Shown here: piece by piece, positions 1-13,110 of the stretch
Layout of the letters: each line of letters begins with the position of its first letter
How positions within the stretch are numbered: position 1 is the first letter of the stretch
DNA from: Pavona decussata
Taxonomy: Eukaryota
Direction of reading: 5' to 3'
Assembly (NCBI GenBank): GCA_977016875.1
Contig: CDRNST010000090.1
Coordinates: 2,604,001-2,668,000, forward strand
Length of the DNA stretch: 64,000 nt
Notes under the pieces: generated by a model
Database searches by the model: none
Seen by the model: the letters and a program-made list of their open reading frames with translations, nothing else
What the model was told of the DNA's origin: nothing
Translations under genes and position numbers: made by a program

Positions 1-607
1 CAACGAATTTATTGGAGATGACCACCCGTTCGTCTCATGGTGTCAGGTTAGGCATAACCTGACATGATGTCGATAGGCTCCACTCCTGGGGCCAGGGTGC
101 ATTCCGCGTCAACATCACGCCGAAGGTACACCAAGGATGTCTTAATTCCACGCCAAGCCGCCAACTTGACATTTGACAACAATGTGACCAGCGGAATTAC
201 TTACCAAGATGGCGGGCCGGCGATTTTGCGCGGGAGATTAGCGTGACAAAATCGCGCTCTGGAGCCTGGTCACTTGGGTAAATCACGTCATGCAGGTAAC
301 TAAATCACTTTGGCACCGACATGTTTGGGGTCTGTTCGAGTAAATTTATTTTCTAGCTACTTTGATGATTGTACTGCTTACGCCACAAGATATACGCCAG
401 CTGTACGCCAATGACTTCGATCGTAAGCCAGTACGCCGAGCGCTCTTTAAACCCACGCCGAAGATCTTCGGCGTATCCTACATGAAATGCAGCCTGGTCT
501 CGGATTTCTTTTTTTCCGATTATGCCTGTGCCACTTACTCAATTATACACCATTCTCATTTATTCTCCAGGCTCAAAAATATTCCATCAGTTAAAAAGGA
601 GGGAAGG

Positions 608-617
608 GTGTGTGTGT

Positions 618-648
<31 letters not shown>
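608..648. repeat. (GT)n microsatellite followed by poly-G
   Basis: Directly visible simple repeat. Confidence 0.95.
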
Positions 649-649
<1 letters not shown>

Positions 650-1287
650 TTTAACAACCATACTAATCTCTCTCCCCAACCACCCACAAAGTAAACAGTT
701 TGCACAGTATACTAGTGGAAACGTCACATTGACAATTATATGTTTACGTCTAATAGCACAATTACGGTGCTTGCATCACTCCAATATGGCCATTTCCCCA
801 CAAAACTATATTTAAGTAGATCTTTGATCAATCTTGTACGTCAAGCTTTGTTACTTTGAATTTGTCTTGGCTTCTTGCGGAGACATTTCAAACTTTTTAC
901 CCCTACGACTTTGAATGGATTTACAACTGTAATTAGCCAGTTACACGCTGGTTGGCCGGTTTAATCGCGAGGGCAGCCTTGAGGTGGTCGTCATACCATT
1001 AGTGTATCTACCTCTTCACTGAACACACTTTTAAAAAAGATAACCTGATCAAATAAAACGATTTTTCGAAAGAAAATAAATAATGTTATATTTTATACAA
1101 TTATGCGCAATTATAACGTAACGAGGTTACTGAAATATTTATTATGTGTCTGAGCTCAATCGGGCGCGCGGGAATGGCAACTAGTTAAAGTTTAGCGGGC
1201 CGCGCGTACGAACTAAGAGATAAAAAAACACATTGCGTACATGTGGGTAGTGCTGTGCACGCGCTGCGGACCTGTTTATGGACACTC

Positions 1288-1372
1288 TCTCACTCACTCA
1301 CTCACTCACTTGTTCACTCACTTGCTCACTCACTCACTCACTCACTTGCTCACTCACTCACTCACTCACTCA
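1288..1372. repeat. (CACT)n/(ACTC)n tetranucleotide microsatellite with interruptions
   Basis: Directly visible; it produces the spurious HSLT/THSL ORFs. Confidence 0.95.
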
Positions 1373-1659
1373 CATACCTGGCGACAAAGTGGGTAGGGCA
1401 TTATACAGTGCACACACTAATATAAGCGCAATCCATAAAAAAATGAGAGGCATGAAGTAAAGGTTGTTATAAAAATATTGGATTGGATAACTGAACGAAG
1501 AGATAAGTAATGAAATGACCCTCACCACCCCTACTTATTTCTCTCCGTCGTTTAAACAAATGATTCTTTCATATAATCTTAAGTTATCAAAATGAATAGA
1601 CTAAAAATAATTCATTGAAGAGAGTTTCTGTTTGGTAAAACATCAAGTAGTTGGTTGCT

Positions 1660-2071
1660 TACCTGAGCCCACAGGGACGAGCTGTTTTGAAAGCTCAAAT
1701 ATCTTCATGGATTGGAATAAATTTTTTTATTCCTTTTTCCAGTGCAGGTGCCTTCCTCAGCTCCTTGCAGCGACCAGAAACAACTTCCGGGATGGTGCAA
1801 AGATTACCAGACCTTCGCCAACCTATACATAACTTGGCACGATGAACTGGACAGATAGTCATATCCGATAAATTCGCCCGCTTCTGAAAACATCCACATC
1901 TCGCCAAAATTAATTCTACCTCCGTTTCAATTCCGGAAAATTTCAACGACTTTTTGTGATTTTTTATATCCCTCAGTTACACAGCGTGAGTGGCGTGACG
2001 GAAGTTGAAGAACTTGTGCGTTCGTCTGCGCCGCAAATCCCACCAACAATATTCAAGAACGAACAAGACAT
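1660..2071 (-). pseudogene. Cys-rich N-terminus of a putative Sola3 transposase (disrupted)
   Basis: MSCSFLNIVGGICG... from 2071, then ELILARCG...MTICPVHRAKLCIGWRR...C (ORF 1695-1946), ending at a GTAAG donor near 1662. Frameshifted; reads inward from the Sola3 end. Confidence 0.5.
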
Positions 2072-3168
2072 CGTTGTTCTATGAACTTCCCCGACAATAA
2101 TCTCTGGTTTTAGATGCAATGTTTCGCAGATAAAGATAACTCGATTTATTTATTTAGAGAACAATGCAATTTTCGTGAGAACCGATACTTCTGATTGGCT
2201 ATCAACGGCATAAAGCTTCTCATTTCAGTTTGAATTGATATTTTCTTTTATATTTATTTCAGCAAGTTAACTGGGGAACCTGGCACATCGTTGACTAAGA
2301 TATTTTAAAATAAGACTTATTTTAAATCAACAGATGTAAATATCTGTTTGTTACTGTACTAATTGTAGCTAAGTCGTTCGTGCGTGACACAGATTAGGGA
2401 GCGAACCTGTGAGATTTAATTTCAGCTCGTGGTAATTTTTGTGTTTTATAGTTTGTTTTACCTGTGTAGACAATATTTAACATCAATAAATACTTTAAAA
2501 CGGTTCAAAACGCTAAAAACGTAAAACCCTTATGTTTATGTACAAACTTTGGCCGCGGAGTTAATTTATTCAATAGTGCTTTGTTATGTAGAGTTGTAGA
2601 TTTCAAAGGCGCTCAATTTGAATTTTATCGAATTTTGATCGGCGTTCTTGCAAAAGTGCTACTAGATCCTAAAGATTTAAAAACGTAGACCTAAAAATCA
2701 ATGACTGAACTGTCTTTGGTTATAATATCAGAGGATTTGAAGAACTACCGGTCAGCTTTTTTCGCCGCTGAGTTTGGATTATTTTACACCTCCGCGTAAA
2801 TGAGAAGAGTGTGTCTTCTTAATCGGGTCTCAGGTCACTCACAAATGAGTAGAGATAAAAGTTATTGCCATGGTTTGACTAAGGAAGAATCAATGTATTC
2901 AATTATACTTAAGAAAGATTCACAGCTATGTAAACGTCTGTGTAGCGAGAAGCTGAAAAGTGTAAAATTTCGAGTTTCCGCTAGGTGAAATCTGAGCTTC
3001 CGGTAGGGTGACCGTTTTTCGTGGTTTTCTGCCGTTAAATGGAATATTTCAAAAAACTAACCTCATATCCTTCAGTCACTTACCTAGGCCTTCAAACTGA
3101 CAAAGTATGAGCGAAATCGATTTTTTGACCGTGGCCACCATTTCTTTGATTTTTACTGACAATCACTC
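1660..3168 (-). mobile_element. Sola3-type DNA transposon, one terminus plus 5' part of the transposase gene
   Basis: Ends ...CACTC|TTAA at 3168-3172. The reverse complement GAGTGATTGTCAGTAAAAATCAAA...CGATTTC..CATA resembles the GAG..CTC/TTAA TIR at 29337. The other end was not found in the window. Confidence 0.7.
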
Positions 3169-3172
3169 TTAA

Positions 3173-3425
3173 ACACTCTGGAAACTGAGAAAAACCCATT
3201 AAAGATTTTTGGTCTTCACACTGGGAAATCACAGAATTCCACAATGTGATTATCACAATAACCAACCTGGAAACTACAAAAACCCATTACAGATTTGAAT
3301 GGTCTTCAAATTGGGAAATGACAAAATTCCACAATGTGATTAACACAAGAAACACTCTGGGGACTGATAAAAACCCATTATGGATCTTAATGGTCTTCAT
3401 ATTGGGAAATCATAGAATTCCAGTG
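3173..3425. repeat. Minisatellite, ~90-bp unit, ~2.8 diverged copies
   Basis: Recurring CTGGAAACT..AAAAACCCATTA...TGGTCTTCA..TGGGAAAT.A.A.AATTCCA at ~3178, ~3267 and ~3357. Confidence 0.85.
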
Positions 3426-4109
3426 TTATTACATACAGTAATTCAATTAATCAGTCTGAGAGCTGGGAAAAAACCTGTATCGCTTGTTAATTGAAGTTTT
3501 CAGAGTGATTAAGTAGTTTTATCCAATTTGTATAGAGCAAACCTTTACTCTTTGTGTTTCACATTCAAACCTGCTTACTTTATTTATAAAGATGGTAATA
3601 CAAACTATGTGTTATAGTATTCCATGTTGAGTTGTGTTCCATTTGCACAGGAGCTGAGTACCGCATGGATCATTTTTCACATTTGGCAAATAGCTGCTTG
3701 ATTATCAGTGTCAATGATTTCAGTCATGTCTTCTAAACATGACACGCAATAAATAACAGCAACACTGCAACATTTCATTGTTTACTTACATATTGCGCCA
3801 TCAGTTACATAAATCTGAATAAACACTTTAAAGACTACCGCAACTTGTTAACAGTAGTCTGAAAAGTTGCTTTTATAAAGTATTAGAATAACATTCTACA
3901 GATATAGAGTTGCAGATAAATACACAACAAAGGGAAACTACAGAAACATCAACTTTCCTATCCTAGCACTTAAAGTAGAAACAGCTAAAGGTGTGTACTG
4001 CTGAAATACATGCAACAATCTATAAATGAAATTGGCTACAAGGTTCCAACTTGGTGAACAGTTCACTCAAAAGAGTTTCATTGATAAATTGTTCATCATT
4101 TAGTTATAA

Positions 4110-5880
4110 TATCAAAGAAAGACAGCCAATTTTCAAGTGTGTTTACTAAGGAGGACCTTGATAACATTTCAGAAATGGGCTCTGATCCTACACCTGGCCT
4201 GGGTCCTTTAATTATCTCAGAACAAGGAGTCTTGAAAGAACTGTCTTCATTAAACCCCAACAAGGCCTGTGGCCCTGGCCAGATTCCACCTTGGTTTCTC
4301 AAAACGTTTGCTGCAGACATTGCACCAATACTAACCAACATCTTTCAAGACTCGATAGACAGTGGCACTGTCCCCCACAGGTGGAAGGAGGCTAACGTGT
4401 GCAGTTTTTAAAAAAGGAAAGAAATCTGATCCAGCCAGCTATAGACCTATATCTCTTACTTGTGTTGCATCGAGGAACCTTGAGCACATCATCCACAGTT
4501 TTATTATGAAACATCTAAACGACCACAACATCTTAACAGATTATCAGCATGGTTTTAGGGCAAAGAGATCCACTGAGATGCAGTTAATTCTCACCTTACA
4601 CAACATGGCAAAGGCTATTCAGAGCTCATCTTTCCACGCGGTAGTTTTGGACTTTGCCAAAGCTTTCAATAAGGTCCCTCATAGGCGTCTCCTAAAGAAG
4701 CTGCAACACTAAGGAATCTAAGGCCCGTTCCTAAATTGGTTAGAGTCGTTTCTTACACAACGTTTTCAATCAGTTGTTTGTGAAGGCCAAACATCAAGTC
4801 AATGTCCGGTGACTTCTGGTGTACCCCAGGGTACATTCCTTGGCCCATTGCTCTTTTTGTTGTATATAATTGACTTACCAGACAACATGCAATCATCAGT
4901 TAGGCCCTTTGCGGACGATGCTTTACTTTACAGCATTGTCGCTAGCGATGCGGACTGTGACCTTCTTCAATCTGACTTACGTAAGCTAGAATCCTGGCAG
5001 TATCATTGGCAAATGGAGTTTAATCCTTCCAAATGCAAAATTGTTACTATCTCACATACATGTAAGAACAATCCACGCCACAGAAAATATGTCTTCTGTG
5101 GTGTAGAGTTGGAACAGGTTGATAGCTTCCCATACCTTGGTGTTAGCATTAGTAACAAGCTCAAGTGGTCAGACCACGTTTCCATGACAGCAGCTAAAGC
5201 AAACAAATCGCTGGGTGCGATACAACGCAATCTTTGGAGTTGTCCAAAGAATGTAAAAGAAATTGCATATAAATCCCTAGTTCGACCAAAGCTGGAATAT
5301 ACAAGTGCGGCTTGGGACCCGATTTTTAAGAAAGATATCAGTGCTCTTGAAAGGGTTCAACGTAAAGCAGCATGGTTCTGCTCACAGAATTATAATAGAT
5401 ATGCTAGTGTTACAGACATGATTAAAGACTTAGGGTGGGCCACGCTGGAAACGAGGAGAAGGCAGTCTAGGTTAACACTTGTGTATTAGCTAACTCCTGG
5501 TCTTATTGATATAGATAACCGAGAATATTTAATTCAACGCTCGGAGAGTCGCACAAGGGGAAGCCATCAATTTAAATTTTGCGGGCCATATGGCAATAAA
5601 GACGTTTTTAAATTTTTGTTCTTCCCAAAAACTATAGCAGACTGGAACTTCCTCCCAGAGGCCATTGTTTTGTCAACCTCTTTGGAAATATTTAAACATA
5701 GGTTATAAGCTTTTCTTAAGTATTAGTATATAGTTTATATAGTTTTTTTCATTTGACTTTTATATCATTATTTTATATATGATATATCTGTATTTTATAC
5801 ATTTCCTAATTTTATTTATTTGCACGGTTGGTGTGATATCTAATGATTTTACCGACCAAATAACATGTAAATGTAAATGT
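4110..5880 (+). mobile_element. 5'-truncated CR1/L2-group LINE, reverse transcriptase pseudogene
   Basis: RT motifs YRPISLT, QHGFR, LDFAKAF, SGVPQG..LGPLLF, FADD, WQMEFNPSKC and C-terminal FFPKTI.DWN.LP. Stops and frameshifts present. Short (ATGTAA)n tail at ~5865-5880. Confidence 0.9.
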
Positions 5881-5955
5881 CATCAAATGAACGCGTAAAC
5901 AAAAAAAAACTATCACCAGCAGGCTGCATCTTCACAAGGCAAAGAACAAGCGTAA

Positions 5956-7381
5956 TTAAAATACTTTCAGCTTCTCCACACTTTGACGGTCAACTTTTCG
6001 AAGATCTTCAGTTTGTAATTTGACAAACTTCTTTTCAACAAATATCTCTGCAAGGGCAATGGCCAAGTGCTCTTTAGTGGAAGAACTGCTGTTGCATTTG
6101 ACTTTAAGTTGCTTTGCTGCAGACACCATCTGCCCCTTTGCAATGTCACTAAATCTTATGGCATTGAACAATCACACAAACTATATTTTTGGCACTCTGG
6201 AGTGTTAACCCTGAAAGTAACACAGTATTATGTCAATAGAGGAACCTAATTCAAGTTAAGAGGCATTTTAATAGGCCATTTCTGAGTTGTTCCAATCTTC
6301 TCTTTACATGTAAAAGTGACGAGGTTAGTACCAGGCCATTGGTATGAAAGTGATTTTTTATTTTCATGCCAATGAAACTCATTGAAACAACGAAATCGCC
6401 TTTTAAATAATTATAATTGCCATCTGCATACACACCTTGCTCAGTGTCAGAAGATTCTGCTATCAACAATGGGTCATAGTTCTCACTGCTACATGTAGAT
6501 GAACCTGTAAGTATATGTGTCTCCTCCCGATACCTCCTCCTCACAGCTGTTGACTGCGCCATTTTTTTTTTCTTTTTGTAAGTTCGCTTGTCTGCCTGTG
6601 AAATAACATTACATTTTAAATTGAGAATATGAAAGATTAAGCTGTCCGATCAGTGATGAACAAGTACAAAATGATGTTTGAGACGGTAGTTAATTGTATC
6701 TAAAAGTGGGAAATAATTTTCTTCGGGGTGAAAGACATTGTCAAGTATCAGCAAATATTATATCTTGCTCTGTCAAAAGCCTGATGAAATGATAAAAGGA
6801 TTAAAATGTCTTACGCTGCCTCTTTTAAGCCCATTCCTCTAAACTCTACATCCTTCATAACACAAAAACTACTATACCTTGGTGTCGTCATGACCTTTTC
6901 TCACAGACCTCCTTCTCTCATTCAATATGTCCAGTATATGTTGGCGAATTGCCTGGGCGTCCAAGCCAACCAGTGGAAAGGCACACTTTTCCAGTAGTTC
7001 TTCAACTAGTTTATCAAGTTGCTTCATACTATCCTTATTTGTCGTAACAGGCAGTATCTCGTTCCCTGGCCATTTCTTCAAGGTGGCTGCATGGACAGCT
7101 TTTTTCCTGAAAACAAACAATGAGCTCCAAGCTAATTTGGTCGACAAACATTTTAAGAAAAAATCAGTCTATGGAACAAGGACAATTGAAGGTCCCCAAC
7201 ATCCTTAAGAGCATCTTTTGACGGTTTGTTTCTGTTCATCCTTACAAATGCCGAGGATGAGGAGGAAGAGCAAGTAGAACTTGATCACTGACTGTGTTCA
7301 ATCCGCATGCCTCAAGCTGGGTTGTACTTCCATTCGTACCCAGAGCAATTAGTAGTTGACCATTAACAACTCCTTGCTCTG
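5956..7381 (-). pseudogene. Multi-exon transposon-associated gene fragment with a SAM-like segment, function unknown
   Basis: Splice-bounded coding blocks at ~7255-7378 (GVVNGQLLIALG...QLEACGL.T..DQ, SAM-like), ~6877-7108, ~6420-6597 and ~5956-6160. Same strand as, and directly downstream of, the integrase exons. Confidence 0.45.
6270..6402. mobile_element. Short degenerate MITE in an intron
   Basis: AATAGGCCATTTCTGAGTTG...CAACGAAATCGCCTTTT imperfect terminal inverted repeats. Confidence 0.5.
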
Positions 7382-7587
7382 TTAGCATAATTACAAAAGT
7401 AAAAATAAACGCGTTAGGCATTTTTTGATTGTAAGTACAACCCAATTTACATGGGCTTTAGAATGTGTTTTGTTAAACACCATTTAATTTCTGTTCAAGT
7501 AACCAGCCCTTAATCGTTTTGCAAACAACCATCACAAATTAGCACTTGAAAAAAGAAGGAAATAATGCATGTGTAATAATATCAAGC

Positions 7588-8925
7588 CATACCACACTCG
7601 TCTGCATTATATTGCCCAGGAAATAAATAGAGGTGATATGGTATCCCTTTTGGAACTGCAGCATCCTTTTGGCTTCTTACTCTATGTGAATTCCACACAG
7701 TTTCCCTGAAGATATTTATTTCTTTTTGGATGACAGGAATGAAAATGAATGCCAATAGGTGCCTGTTAAAAGTGCAAACACAAAATAAGAACATACATGT
7801 AGATTCATGACAAAGACATGTCACAGTTAAAAATGTCAGGTCAATAGTTTATTATTAATGAAGAGAATTATAATTAAGATAAAATAACAAAAAAGTAGAA
7901 ATGCAAGCTGTTCTGTAAATGAATCAAAGAAAACTATAAAACAATGTTGAGAACACATTTTAAAATTTAATGTATTAATACCTTTCTGTTTGATTACTAG
8001 GATCATAGAGGCCTTGTTTGAGCAGCATAGTCAACTGCCTCTTAAGAAACTTTTCAAAGCGGTTGTGGAGATCTCCCCACCATCTTTCAATCTGTGAAAA
8101 AAGGATCAAGACGGATACAGAAATTCCAAGATCAACACAGTGTGCAATGAAAGTCGTTTCTGAAAGCCCAGGGGTTAGTGGATTTTACCATTGGGCTAGT
8201 GAATTCTCTTCTCAAGCGAAGTTTTTCCTGTGAATTCCAAGTAGTCCAAGACAAATAATTGAAAATTCCTAATAAATCCACATGAACTGAAATTTTCTCA
8301 AGCTCATCTCACAAAGTGAAATCTGCGAGAACAGTGTTACATTACAAACTAGATGTTGTATGATATACACCATCTTCAGGTAAAAACAATTAGTAGAAAT
8401 ACCTTGGTAGTAAGTCTGAGTCCATATTTAGCTCTCATTGTAGCTTACTACGATGCATTGATGAAGCAAGTAATTAATCAATTATCTAATGGTTTAAGCC
8501 AGGTTGACTGCCTGCCTAAATTCACTGGAAAATTGTTGCTGCCTAGCTACAGCTTTGTGAAAGTGACTTTCTTTTCACTCTGTACTATAAGACATTTTGC
8601 TATTCATACCCAGACTGCATTGGTTGTAAAATAATGGAGAAGATTCAAATGTTACAGCACACATCTAGTTTTCTTATTCTAAAACTATTAACATGATAAT
8701 TAAGAAACGCCTACATGGGCATCAAATCAGTAATTTTTATTTTATTGATTATATTGATTCTGGAAAGATGGTAAAATACTGTTCTGTTTTGACCTTATTA
8801 TTTGTTGATGGTCCATAAAACACTGTTTCTGGCTCATTGTCCTGGTCCTGCCTTAAAAATGCATGAATGGCTGCTATGCCCCCTGTTTCAGTTCCTTTGT
8901 CCAGCCTGAGATATTTACTGATAAC
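7588..8925 (-). pseudogene. Eukaryotic IS3-like (IS3EU-type) DDE integrase-core transposase, C-terminal exons
   Basis: Exons encode LRLDKGTETG...YGPSTNN, IERWWRDLHNRFEKFLKRQL...GLYDP and LLAFIFIP...WNSHRVR...PKGIP.HLY.FP.QY...CG, the RxDxGxE / IERxW / WNxH pattern of this integrase group. Upstream exons not found. Confidence 0.7.
8143..8300. mobile_element. Partial copy of the MITE family at 10904-11159, opposite orientation
   Basis: TGCAATGAAAGTCGTTTCTGAAAGCCC...TAGTGGATTTT..ATTGGGCTAGTGAATT is the reverse complement of ~11095-11155. Confidence 0.6.
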
Positions 8926-9007
8926 TTGAATGCAAATCGAAAAAAAAAAAAGATTAGGCTCTCTCTCACTACAATCCCTATTGTAAGGGACCAACTACAG
9001 TAACTGC

Positions 9008-9195
9008 ACTTTGCAAAAGTAAGAACTGGCTGGCCCGACCAGCCATTTTGACAAAGCAATAAGCTTTTTCTAAGGGTTTTTGCTGAAAATCACCCCCTTC
9101 ATGATACTATGAGATATCTGGCAGGATAGTTTTGATTAAAAATGAAATTTTCATAGGTCCAGCTGGTCAGTTCTGGCAAAATGGAAAGCGCCCTA
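9008..9195. mobile_element. Degenerate palindromic MITE (PIF/Harbinger-like end)
   Basis: AGAACTGGCTGGCCC ... GGTCCAGCTGGTCAGTTCTGGCAAAATGGAAAGCGCCC|TAA inverted arms. Confidence 0.45.
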
Positions 9196-9767
9196 AGAGA
9201 AGAGGCTCTTGCAGGGGACTGTAAACAGTCTGTGACTTAAATTTACCTTCTGGTCTTTTTCTTTGTGTTTCAAGTTCTCATGAGGCCCAATGAGCCCCTA
9301 CTGAGTACTCAGTCAACAATTGAATAAAAGGTTTTCTCTTTGATCAAATTTGGGGTCAAATTGTGTTAATATTGAGAGCAAAAAGGAAACAAAATCCAGA
9401 TTTTCACCAGAAAGTATTGGGAATTACCAGTAATTATGACAATATTTTTGTCATGAGCAGCAGCCCTCAATAAGTCCTTCTCTTTATTCAGGGAGCCAAT
9501 AAAAGCCATCATCTTTATGAAAAATCAACTCAAACTACTATGCGGCTTATGCAACGACTAGCTGCAGCTGGTTTCGGTCGATGTTATTTAGTGTCAACAC
9601 CTAAGCGAAATCCTACCTAATATCGACCGAAACCAGTTTTCAGCTTCAAGTTCGAGACACTTGAGGAGAAGACAATGTTTAACTGATAAGAACGCACGGT
9701 ATTTACATGTTAGCCTGTTTTAAAAGTAAAATGCTTATATAAACAAAGCTGTATATGCATATAAAAG

Positions 9768-10122
9768 ACCCGTGGGTGGGGTACTCGCTTATTTTAGCGC
9801 CGCCCCAAAGGGTATGGTTTTTGAGATGCTATGGTCTGAAAACTGGTATAGACTTTGGTCATTTTTGAATCGGGCATGGTTTTCGAGGAAACAACAGGAG
9901 TGTATGAACGTATTTATCATTTCAATTCCAAAGGAATGGTAAAGAATGAAAAATATGCAAATTCGAAGTGGATTTTGTTCGTGTTTCAATCTAAGTAATG
10001 ATGACATAATTTCTTAGAAGCCAGGTCTAAAAACGGGTGTGAAAAATGGCATTTTTTGGTCTGACAGGGTCAGGATTTGGAAAACTGGGCAGCACACCCC
10101 TACCAAGAATCCCCAGGAGTAT
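9768..10122. mobile_element. Non-autonomous DNA-transposon-like repeat with GGGGTACT...AGTA ends
   Basis: Starts CCCG..GGGGTACTC, has repeated internal GGTCTGAAAAC.GG motifs and ends CCCCAGGAGTA. Superfamily unassigned. Confidence 0.4.
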
Positions 10123-10903
10123 TTCCTAGATAAAAGACCATGCAAAGTGAGCTAAGCTTGCCACATGTAAGCTTATATGTTTAATTAAAATTGATTGCCA
10201 CTATGTTCCAGAAGAGTTTAGTAATTACAGGGGTAACTTTTCCATTCAATGAACCAAAATCCAAACTAAATATTTTGCGAATTCTCACATAGTTGAATTA
10301 AACACAATGGGATTCCCAATATATTAATTGGTGAAAACAAAGTAACAAAGGGGAAAAAAAGTTGTCATTTGTCATAGTATTTCATTGTCACTAGAGACAT
10401 TTTGAGATCAACCTTTGCCTCATCTCTCTTCTCAAGGAGGGCATGTCAGTATAAAAACAAAGCAGAAATAAATATCATCACTTGTGTATGTCTAAGGAGG
10501 TATTTTTTAAGCAGTCCACATTGTTTCAGTACTTTAGGTTCTCATCAAAAAGTACCTGATGAAAATCTGGATTCCTTCCTCTGCTAAGGTGCTCTGCAAA
10601 CTGAATGCAGTTGATCTTACTACTGTACTAGTGATGATGCAACATGCACAGTTTTGATTGAAAACGGAGAACTCTAAATTCTTTCTTTTAAATATTTCTT
10701 GTAATGACAGTAGATGTATAATTTTTCTTACCATGCAAGCGAACATCCCACAGTCATAGTTATTTTGTTGTACTGGAACTGCCTTTAAAAAAGAAATTTA
10801 CAAGACGTCAAGTATAAATATTTATTTAGTTATTTCTCGAAAAAAAAAATATTTTTTTTAAACACTGTAGGCCAAAGCAGTTTTATTTTTATGATTCTAT
10901 AAT

Positions 10904-11159
10904 CTGGGTGCAAAGAAAGTCAGTTTTACAGCTTGCCATCTGGGCAACCTGTGCTTTTAAGCGTGAACAAGCCCAAACTGAAGTCATTTCAACCAGCCCC
11001 AAAAACGTTTTGATGCACAGGATTGATTACACAGTTCTTCTTTCATTCTAATTCCTCAAAACCTTCACGTGCCTGTAGGGCCAGTTAAGAACAAAATTCA
11101 CTACCCAATAGCAAAATCCACTAGCCGGTGGCTATCAGATACTACTTTCTTTGCACCTG
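10904..11159. mobile_element. MITE with ~17-bp TIRs in a Ulp1 intron
   Basis: CTGGGTGCAAAGAAAGT ... ACTTTCTTTGCACCTG. TSD not resolved. Confidence 0.65.
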
Positions 11160-13079
11160 TAAAATATGTTGTTGGTAACCATTTAATAAAAATGATATTG
11201 ACATTGACATAACCATTCACTTAATATTATTGGTCAGTATAGTGCAAATCATTGTGCCTAGATCAACACAGATACAGAGGTGATTGTCAATGGATCATTA
11301 ACTGATCATGAGAAGTTACCCTGTACATTTGTTTAAGTTTCAATATTGTTTACCTTTGGTAGTTCATCCAACCAGTCCCCTTCATCGATGAATTGTCTCT
11401 TTCTCACCATTTCTTCCTTTAGAAAGCACCTTTAACATAGTATGCGTTAATTTTGATGTCTTTTTAATCTCTGTTAATAAATTATGACAATAGCAGTCAT
11501 AATATTAATGTTTATTGATGTTTTGCAAAAGAAGTTAAATCAATATTCTCACCTGATATTCTTAAGGAAGGCAGGAGAAATAATAATTTCTTTCAATCCC
11601 AGTATGATATTGTTTTTTGTGTGACATTCACAACCTACAGGTATGAATCAACATAGACTTTTTAAAGTGCAAACTCTATGGCCCAATGTAATTTGATTCT
11701 CATTGCTAATAAATATAACTTTTTTTTTCACGTTGTTTTATTATTTATTTGCACTGTTTATAACACTATATATTATATCTACATTAACGTACACTACTTA
11801 CATTACATATGTTACAATACAATGACACTAGTCAAATTAAATTACAGTTGATATGTTTACAATGACATTATTGTTTGTTTGTTAATTATTCGAGTCACTT
11901 ATAAGAATTTTGTTTTTTACTATATAGGGTGTTAATTTTCTAGAATTTAATAGAATATTAAATAAATAGGAAGCGAAAGCAAATAAATCAAAATACAAAA
12001 GCTTAAAAGAAACAAGAAAAGACACAATACAATTTTATAAAGACAGAAAAAATTTCCATTTGTTTCTGAATTCTTTCTCCTTATTAGAAGTGACTGCAAT
12101 ATATTTTTCCAGATTGATTTTTTCGCGCGCAAGTGAGACAAAATCATCGAATTGAGTTGTTATGGTATTTACAGCGTTAATATATAAGAAATATTTACCC
12201 AAAATAATGAGATGGTTTAGAGCTAAACAGTAAGTGTGACAGCGAGTAATTCCGAACATAACCTCTAGTTCTGACAGTAGCAGTTTCATATTACTAGAGA
12301 TTGAGTACCACTCCTGGAATTTATTCCAAAAAGAACTTGCGTGTGTGCAGTTTATAAACAGATGCCACAGGGTTTGACACTCAGAAGGACAAAAGGGACA
12401 GGAGGGTGAGGCGACTTTTTTCATTTTGTGTAACAAGCTATTCGTCGGTAATATGCAGTGAATCATTTTGTATTGGAACATCGTCAATTCAATTTCTCTC
12501 GTAGCTTTAAATGATAGGAGGTAGATTTTAGTCAAGCCATTTTCCTCGACGCCGGACGCTAAAAGTTTTTTCTCAGAAGTTGGTGGAGGTAGATCTTCAA
12601 GGTTAAGCAGCATACTGTATATTGTCTTGCATGTCAGTGAACAAATCAAGGTGGGAGGCGTAACTGGATCCATGGAACCTTCTTGCAATAGTTTCTTCCA
12701 ATTTTGGGGAATAGAAGAAATAATGCTATGATATTGTTAAAGGTGACATTTTACATTGAATTTATTGTAAAAGGAATTAAACGGGAGGAAATGGCCCTCA
12801 CAGGGGTCGAAAATGTCCTAGATTTGTTTTAATCCTGCATGATGCCAATGAGGAAAGAATACCATTTTCTTATTTACAATTAAAAATCGGTTGTTCCAGA
12901 TTGGTTGTGAGAGAACCTCATTTTTATTTTTAGGTGTGGCCTTTGTGATATCCTGCCAGTAAAAAATGATTTGTTTGTAGAAAGCAGGAAGATGGTTATC
13001 TAGGTCAAGGAGATCATAATCATAATTACATTTAAACAGTTTTGTGCCGCCAACATCGGCGAGGAGCGATTTTGGTATG

Positions 13080-13080
<1 letters not shown>

Positions 13081-13110
<30 letters not shown>

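Noticed and set aside
64-1460. Short ORFs at the window start and many antisense ORFs throughout the track
   Set aside because: They arise from microsatellites or are shadow frames of transposon genes, with no recognisable motifs.
3173-3425. Possible CRISPR-like array
   Set aside because: Whole ~90-bp units are homologous with no unique spacers, no cas genes and a eukaryotic context.
3664-3672. CATGGATCA as the missing P-element TIR
   Set aside because: Only 9 bp match, no matching 8-bp TSD, and ~20 kb away.
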